Assembly (NCBI GenBank): GCA_965203485.1
Contig: OZ241892.1
Span: forward strand, 96,001-160,000
Length of the DNA: 64,000 bases
Reading direction: 5' to 3'
From: Longimicrobiales bacterium
GTDB lineage: Bacteria; Gemmatimonadota; Gemmatimonadetes; Longimicrobiales; Gaopeijiaceae
The notes beneath the pieces were generated by a model that searched no databases, was not told the origin of the DNA, and saw only the letters and a list, made by a program, of their open reading frames with translations. The translations under genes and the position numbers were made by a program. Positions 61,439 through 64,000 of the stretch are shown piece after piece. Each line of letters begins with the position of its first letter. Positions within the stretch are counted from its first letter, which is position 1.

Positions 61439-63046
61439 ATGTATCCGAGCGCGACCAAACCCGCGGCGTCCCGACTCGCCGGAGGTTGCGTGGCTTGCGC
61501 GGTCGCTTTGTCGGGGGCTTGCTCGCTCGCGCCGAGTCCGCGCGTGGCGGCGCCGGTGGACGACGTGCCCGCGGCGTTTGCCGCCGCCGAGTCGCCGGAC
61601 CATCCGGACGCCCTCCCCCGCCTGCTGGGCGACGGGGCGACCCGCTGGTGGGCCGCCTTCCAAGACCCGGCCCTCGAAGCGGTCGTCGACTCGGTCCTGG
61701 CGTCCAACTTCGATCTGGCCGAGGCGGTGGCCCGCGTCCGCCAAGCGCGGGCGCAGGCGCGCATCGCCAAGGCGCCGTTGTTGCCTTCGGTCGGCATCTC
61801 CGGAGGCGTCGTCGACCAGGACACGCCGGCGAACGCGGGACTGGGCGCGCAGTTTCGCGCCTTGGGAATCGGGACCGGCGAGGCCGGCTCGGACTCGGTC
61901 GCGCCGCTGTTCGAGCGGCTGGCCTTCACCACGTATTCCGCCAGCCTCGACTTCTCTTACGAACTCGACTTCTGGGGACGGGCCCGCAACGACGCGCGCG
62001 CCGCCGCCGGCGAATACCTGGCGTCGGAATCCGACTTGCTCGCGGCCCGCATCGCTGTCGTCTCCGAGGCCATCTCCACGTACTTCGAGATCGCCGACCT
62101 GCGCACGCGGGTCGCGCTGGCTCGTAGGGCCGTGGGCGTGTCGAGCGAACGCGCGACCTTGGCGGAGGCCCGCTACGAAAGAGGATTGATCCCGTCCTTC
62201 CGGCTCTACCAAGTCCGGCAGGACCTGCTGGCGACGCGCGCGGCCCTGCCGGCGTTGGAGACGGCGCTTGCCTCCGCCGAAGGACGCTTGGCCGTGCTGG
62301 CCGGCCGCTACGTGGGCGACCTCGACGCCGTGTTGCCCGACTCGCTCGCGCCGAGTCTGCCTCGCGGCGCGCCGTCGCCGGGCGCACCGGCGGCCTTGCT
62401 CCTGCAACGTCCCGACGTGCGCTCGGCGGCCCAGCGCGCCGAGGCCGCCCGCCTTCGCCTCGCCGCGCGCCGGGCGGACCTGCTGCCGTCGCTGTCTCTC
62501 GCGGGCTCGATTGGGTACCAGAGCGCCGACGCGGGGGGACTCTTCGACGCGAGCCAGTGGTTTCGCAACTTGGTGGCCAACCTTGCGGCCCCGCTGTTCA
62601 TGGGCGGGCGCTTGCGGGGCGCCGTGGCCGTCGCCGAAGCGCAGTTCGATCAGGCCGCGGCGGCGTTCGGGCGGGCGGTCGTCGTCGCCGTCGCCGAGGT
62701 CGAAGCGGCCCTGGTGCGGTTTCGCAACGACGAACGCCGCCGTGCCTTCCTGCAATCGGAAGTGGAGGAGGCTCGAGCGTCGGCGGAGCTTCAGGCGCGC
62801 CGGTACGCCGGGGGCGCAGGAGGCTACGCCGACTACTTGGACGCCGAGAGGAACCTGCTGAACGTGGAGCTGGCCCTGGCGACCTCCCGCCGCGACGTGG
62901 CGGTGGCGCGCTTGGCCGTGCACCGTGCGCTGGGCGGCACATGGTTCCAGCCGGCCGGAGAGACGGAGCCGGCCGGGGACGAGGCAGCGCTCGCCGGGAC
63001 CGAGCCTCTTCCACCCGCCATCCCCAACCAGGGCCGGGCCCGGTGA
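61439..63046 (+). CDS. Efflux outer-membrane factor lipoprotein (NodT/TolC family)
   Basis: LSGAC lipobox, [25 protein letters not shown]. Confidence 0.9.
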   Translation: MYPSATKPAASRLAGGCVACAVALSGACSLAPSPRVAAPVDDVPAAFAAAESPDHPDALPRLLGDGATRWWAAFQDPALEAVVDSVLASNFDLAEAVARVRQARAQARIAKAPLLPSVGISGGVVDQDTPANAGLGAQFRALGIGTGEAGSDSVAPLFERLAFTTYSASLDFSYELDFWGRARNDARAAAGEYLASESDLLAARIAVVSEAISTYFEIADLRTRVALARRAVGVSSERATLAEARYERGLIPSFRLYQVRQDLLATRAALPALETALASAEGRLAVLAGRYVGDLDAVLPDSLAPSLPRGAPSPGAPAALLLQRPDVRSAAQRAEAARLRLAARRADLLPSLSLAGSIGYQSADAGGLFDASQWFRNLVANLAAPLFMGGRLRGAVAVAEAQFDQAAAAFGRAVVVAVAEVEAALVRFRNDERRRAFLQSEVEEARASAELQARRYAGGAGGYADYLDAERNLLNVELALATSRRDVAVARLAVHRALGGTWFQPAGETEPAGDEAALAGTEPLPPAIPNQGRAR

Positions 63047-64000
63047 GCGACCGCCGAGACTGGGCGCTTGCGGGCGGCATTCTCCTGGCCGCCGTCGTCG
63101 TGGTCGTCGCCATGGTTGCATTGCGTCCCGAAGTTCCTCCCAGAGCCGTGCCGTCGCGAGTTCCTGTGGTGACGGTGGTGGCCGCCGAGCCTGGGCACGG
63201 GGCGATCGGGGTCCTCGCTTCCGGCTCCGTGCGCCCACGCGCGGAGATCGAGGTGGCGGCCGAAGTCGCGGGGAAGGTCGCGTGGGTGAACCCCGCCTTC
63301 CGCAGCGGCGGACGCGTTCGCGAAGGCGATGCGCTGTTTCGGGTCGACGACGCGGACTACCGCAACAGGGTCCGCCAAGCGCGCGCCAACGTGGCCGCCC
63401 AGCAGGTCGCGTTGTTGCGCGCCGAGGAGGAAGCGCGCGTGGCCCGGATGGAGTACGAGCGGTTCCGGCAGCGCAGAGGCGAGGGCGCGGACGTCGTGGC
63501 GACGCCGCTGGCGCTGCACCAGCCGCAGATGGAGGCGGCGCGGGCCGCGCTGGCCCGCGACAGCGCCGCGTTGGCGAGCGCCGAACTGGCTTTGGCCCGC
63601 ACGCATGTTCGCGCGCCCTTCGACGCGTTCGTCAGGTCCGAGTCGGTGGACGAAGGCCGGTTCGTTGCGATCGGCCAAGGCGTCGGCCGCCTCTACGCCG
63701 AAGACGCGTACGAAGTGGCGCTCGCGCTGACGGACGCCGACGCGGCCCTCCTGCCCGGGCTCTGGCGAATGGGCGCCGGCGCCCGCCGGGACAGGACGCC
63801 CGCCGAGGTGGTCGCCAGATACGGATCCGCCCGGTACGCTTGGAGCGGCTACGTGGACAGAGCCGAAACGGCGCTCAGCGAGCGGACGCGCGCGATCACC
63901 GTGGTCGTCAGAGTGCCCCGCCCGTTCTCGCCGGGCACGCGAGTGGGCGCCGTCCCGGGGGCGCTTTTTGAAGTGGACGGCGAGCCGGAGGCGGGAGACG
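63043..64000 (+). CDS. RND efflux periplasmic adaptor subunit (3' truncated by the window; absent from the ORF track)
   Basis: GTG at 63043 opens a frame with a TM helix, AEVAGKV, G..VREGD.LF.VD and RAPFD, open to the window end. Confidence 0.85.
   Translation, partial: MSDRRDWALAGGILLAAVVVVVAMVALRPEVPPRAVPSRVPVVTVVAAEPGHGAIGVLASGSVRPRAEIEVAAEVAGKVAWVNPAFRSGGRVREGDALFRVDDADYRNRVRQARANVAAQQVALLRAEEEARVARMEYERFRQRRGEGADVVATPLALHQPQMEAARAALARDSAALASAELALARTHVRAPFDAFVRSESVDEGRFVAIGQGVGRLYAEDAYEVALALTDADAALLPGLWRMGAGARRDRTPAEVVARYGSARYAWSGYVDRAETALSERTRAITVVVRVPRPFSPGTRVGAVPGALFEVDGEPEAGD

Noticed and set aside
1..64000. tRNA/rRNA genes
   Set aside because: None recognised by eye; a covariance-model scan was not possible.

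Overview
GC-rich bacterial window. The gene mix tentatively suggests a Gemmatimonadota-like, possibly host-associated organism (inference only). (1) 1-11.5 kb is a defence island: a compact, divergent type I-G (I-U) CRISPR-Cas interference operon (csb1-csb2-cas3-csb3/cas8) with an 8-repeat/7-spacer array and no cas1/cas2/cas4, bracketed by two ABC-ATPase/TOPRIM (OLD-like) genes. (2) 11.5-33.5 kb holds housekeeping, envelope and metabolic genes: trxB, a Tat-signal aminotransferase, sseA, HU, LPS core transferases, a sulfotransferase-oxygenase-acyltransferase operon and acs. (3) 33.5-48.5 kb is a partly duplicated accessory island and the best candidate for an undescribed system. It has three small secreted Cys-rich peptides, two DsbA/beta-propeller fusions, five further propeller-like genes (two frameshifted), an AraC regulator, an ECF sigma factor, a thrice-repeated 42-bp upstream element and a decayed ISL3. 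(4) 48.5-64 kb has an S9 peptidase, a hidden ArsC-like selenoprotein (in-frame UGA, UxxC, SECIS-like hairpin) that the ORF track splits, an exported RidA, an aminotransferase, three tandem paralogous membrane proteins and the start of an RND efflux operon. All family calls are by eye from motifs; no database search was run.
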